Shown piece by piece: positions 63,039 to 64,000 of a stretch of 64,000 bases of DNA. The notes below the pieces were generated by a model. That model ran no database searches. It worked only from the letters and a program-made list of their open reading frames with translations, and was not told where the DNA came from. Source of the DNA: Pirellulales bacterium (lineage in GTDB: Bacteria > Planctomycetota > Planctomycetia > Pirellulales > JBBDJB01); NCBI GenBank assembly GCA_040880125.1, contig JBBDJB010000029.1:12188-76187 (forward strand), written 5' to 3'. Every line of letters starts with the position of its first letter. The stretch's first letter is position 1. The position numbers were made by a program, and so were the translations under genes.

Positions 63039-63700
63039 TACCCTATGGCTCGCACGGCGAACATCGACGCCACGCATTATCTTCCGTAACCCCTGCAACT
63101 TACGGAGCTTCCAAAGGCGGCGTGGCTGTCGGCTGGGCGCCCGGGAAAATGCTGCAAAAGCTGACGGTCGGCGGGGCTTCGCCTGCCATTTAGGCATAAA
63201 GCCGCCGACGCCGCGGATGAGCTGGCGATGAACCATCGGCCCTAACGCCGCGGACACTGCGCCTATTGGTCTCGTGACCTGAGGCGGCGAATTAATCTGC
63301 CGACATCCCATGGACGGATTCTCCCTGGCTGAGTCCGGTACTTCGCAGGCGAAGCTGCGCCGGAATAGAAGCGATGTCGGCTCGGCGTCGTTCGCGTGGC
63401 TCCTAGCGCGACATGAATTACTCACTGAAGCCCGCGCCGGCGTTTGCTTCGAGCCTAGCGGTGGATCGCGATTCCTTCGTTTGCATTGCTCCGTCAGGCT
63501 GGCTTTTCGACCGGTGTCATGAGCCGTATACTGTGGGCAGCGGTGGCTGTGACGAGGCGTGATTCTCCCGAGTGGCGCTCGGGAGTGGCCGTCCCCCCGG
63601 CTTTTGGCCACGCATTCAGCCATCGGTCCCGTGGCTGTTCGTGCACGCAACGGCTGCCCCGGTAACGGACCAGATCAACCCGCGCCACGAAGGAACCGAT

Positions 63701-64000
63701 GTGGACGAAGCCTCTCAGTCATTTTTCGTACGGCATCAGTTTTTGATTCGCCGTCTGCACTCGCTGAGCGGTCTCATCCCGATCGGCGCGTTTCTCGTAC
63801 TTCATCTGGTCACCAACGCCAGCGTCCTGGGCGGTCCGGCGTCGTTTCAGGCGAATGTCGACCGCATCCACTCTCTGGGCGTTATTCTGCCGGTGGTGGA
63901 GTGGTTATTCATTTTCATCCCGCTCATTTTCCACGCCGTAGTCGGCTTCGCGATCATCCAGGGCGGCCTGCCGAACACCGGCAGCTACCCCTATAGCGGG
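63701..64000 (+). CDS. sdhC: Succinate dehydrogenase cytochrome b558 subunit, runs off the right edge
   Basis: Not in the ORF track. From GTG 63701 (AGGA SD): MDEASQSFFVRHQFLIRRLHSLSGLIPIGAFLVLHLVTNAS...FIFIPLIFHAVVG, the Bacillus-type SdhC pattern with heme-ligand His residues. Confidence 0.9.
   Translation, partial: MDEASQSFFVRHQFLIRRLHSLSGLIPIGAFLVLHLVTNASVLGGPASFQANVDRIHSLGVILPVVEWLFIFIPLIFHAVVGFAIIQGGLPNTGSYPYSG

Noticed and set aside
62907-63996. ORFs 62907-63650 (-) and 63559-63996 (+)
   Set aside because: No motifs; the first spans the sigma54 promoter region and the second is an alternate frame over sdhC.

Overview
High-GC bacterial DNA, most likely a planctomycete (Pirellulales-like): DUF1549/DUF1553 + DUF1501 pair, ECF sigma + Ser/Thr kinase pair, dxr-rseP-lpxD-lpxI order. 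The left 22-26 kb holds an unusual lipid/polyketide cluster. Its core is a 3787-aa Pfa/Hgl-like iterative PKS with the order KS - KS(Cys->Gln, CLF-like) - ACP - ACP - AT - ACP - ACP - degenerate C45/Ntn-acyltransferase-like domain - KR - KR - DH. Alongside it are a class III aminotransferase, an AMP-ligase, an MBL hydrolase, a thioester reductase-SCP2 fusion, a PPTase, a FabL-type enoyl reductase, a stand-alone HHxxxDG condensation/acyltransferase and ABC transporters on both flanks. This set suggests reductive release, transamination and acylation of a long chain, i.e. an amino-/amide-lipid (inference). The middle holds secreted hypothetical proteins, and two secreted-protein genes that share a TGTCCCC-N16-CGCT upstream motif and sit next to an ECF sigma/Cache-kinase pair. 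It also holds a truncated TetR remnant, an RND efflux operon and a DUF1593 / PSD1-cytochrome / DUF1501 block. The right end is housekeeping: pyrF, a lipid kinase, lpxI, lpxD, rseP, dxr, ftsH, a response regulator with a sigma54 promoter, and a partial sdhC. I saw no rRNA, tRNA, CRISPR array or transposase. All calls come from reading motifs by eye; no database search was run and domain boundaries are approximate.
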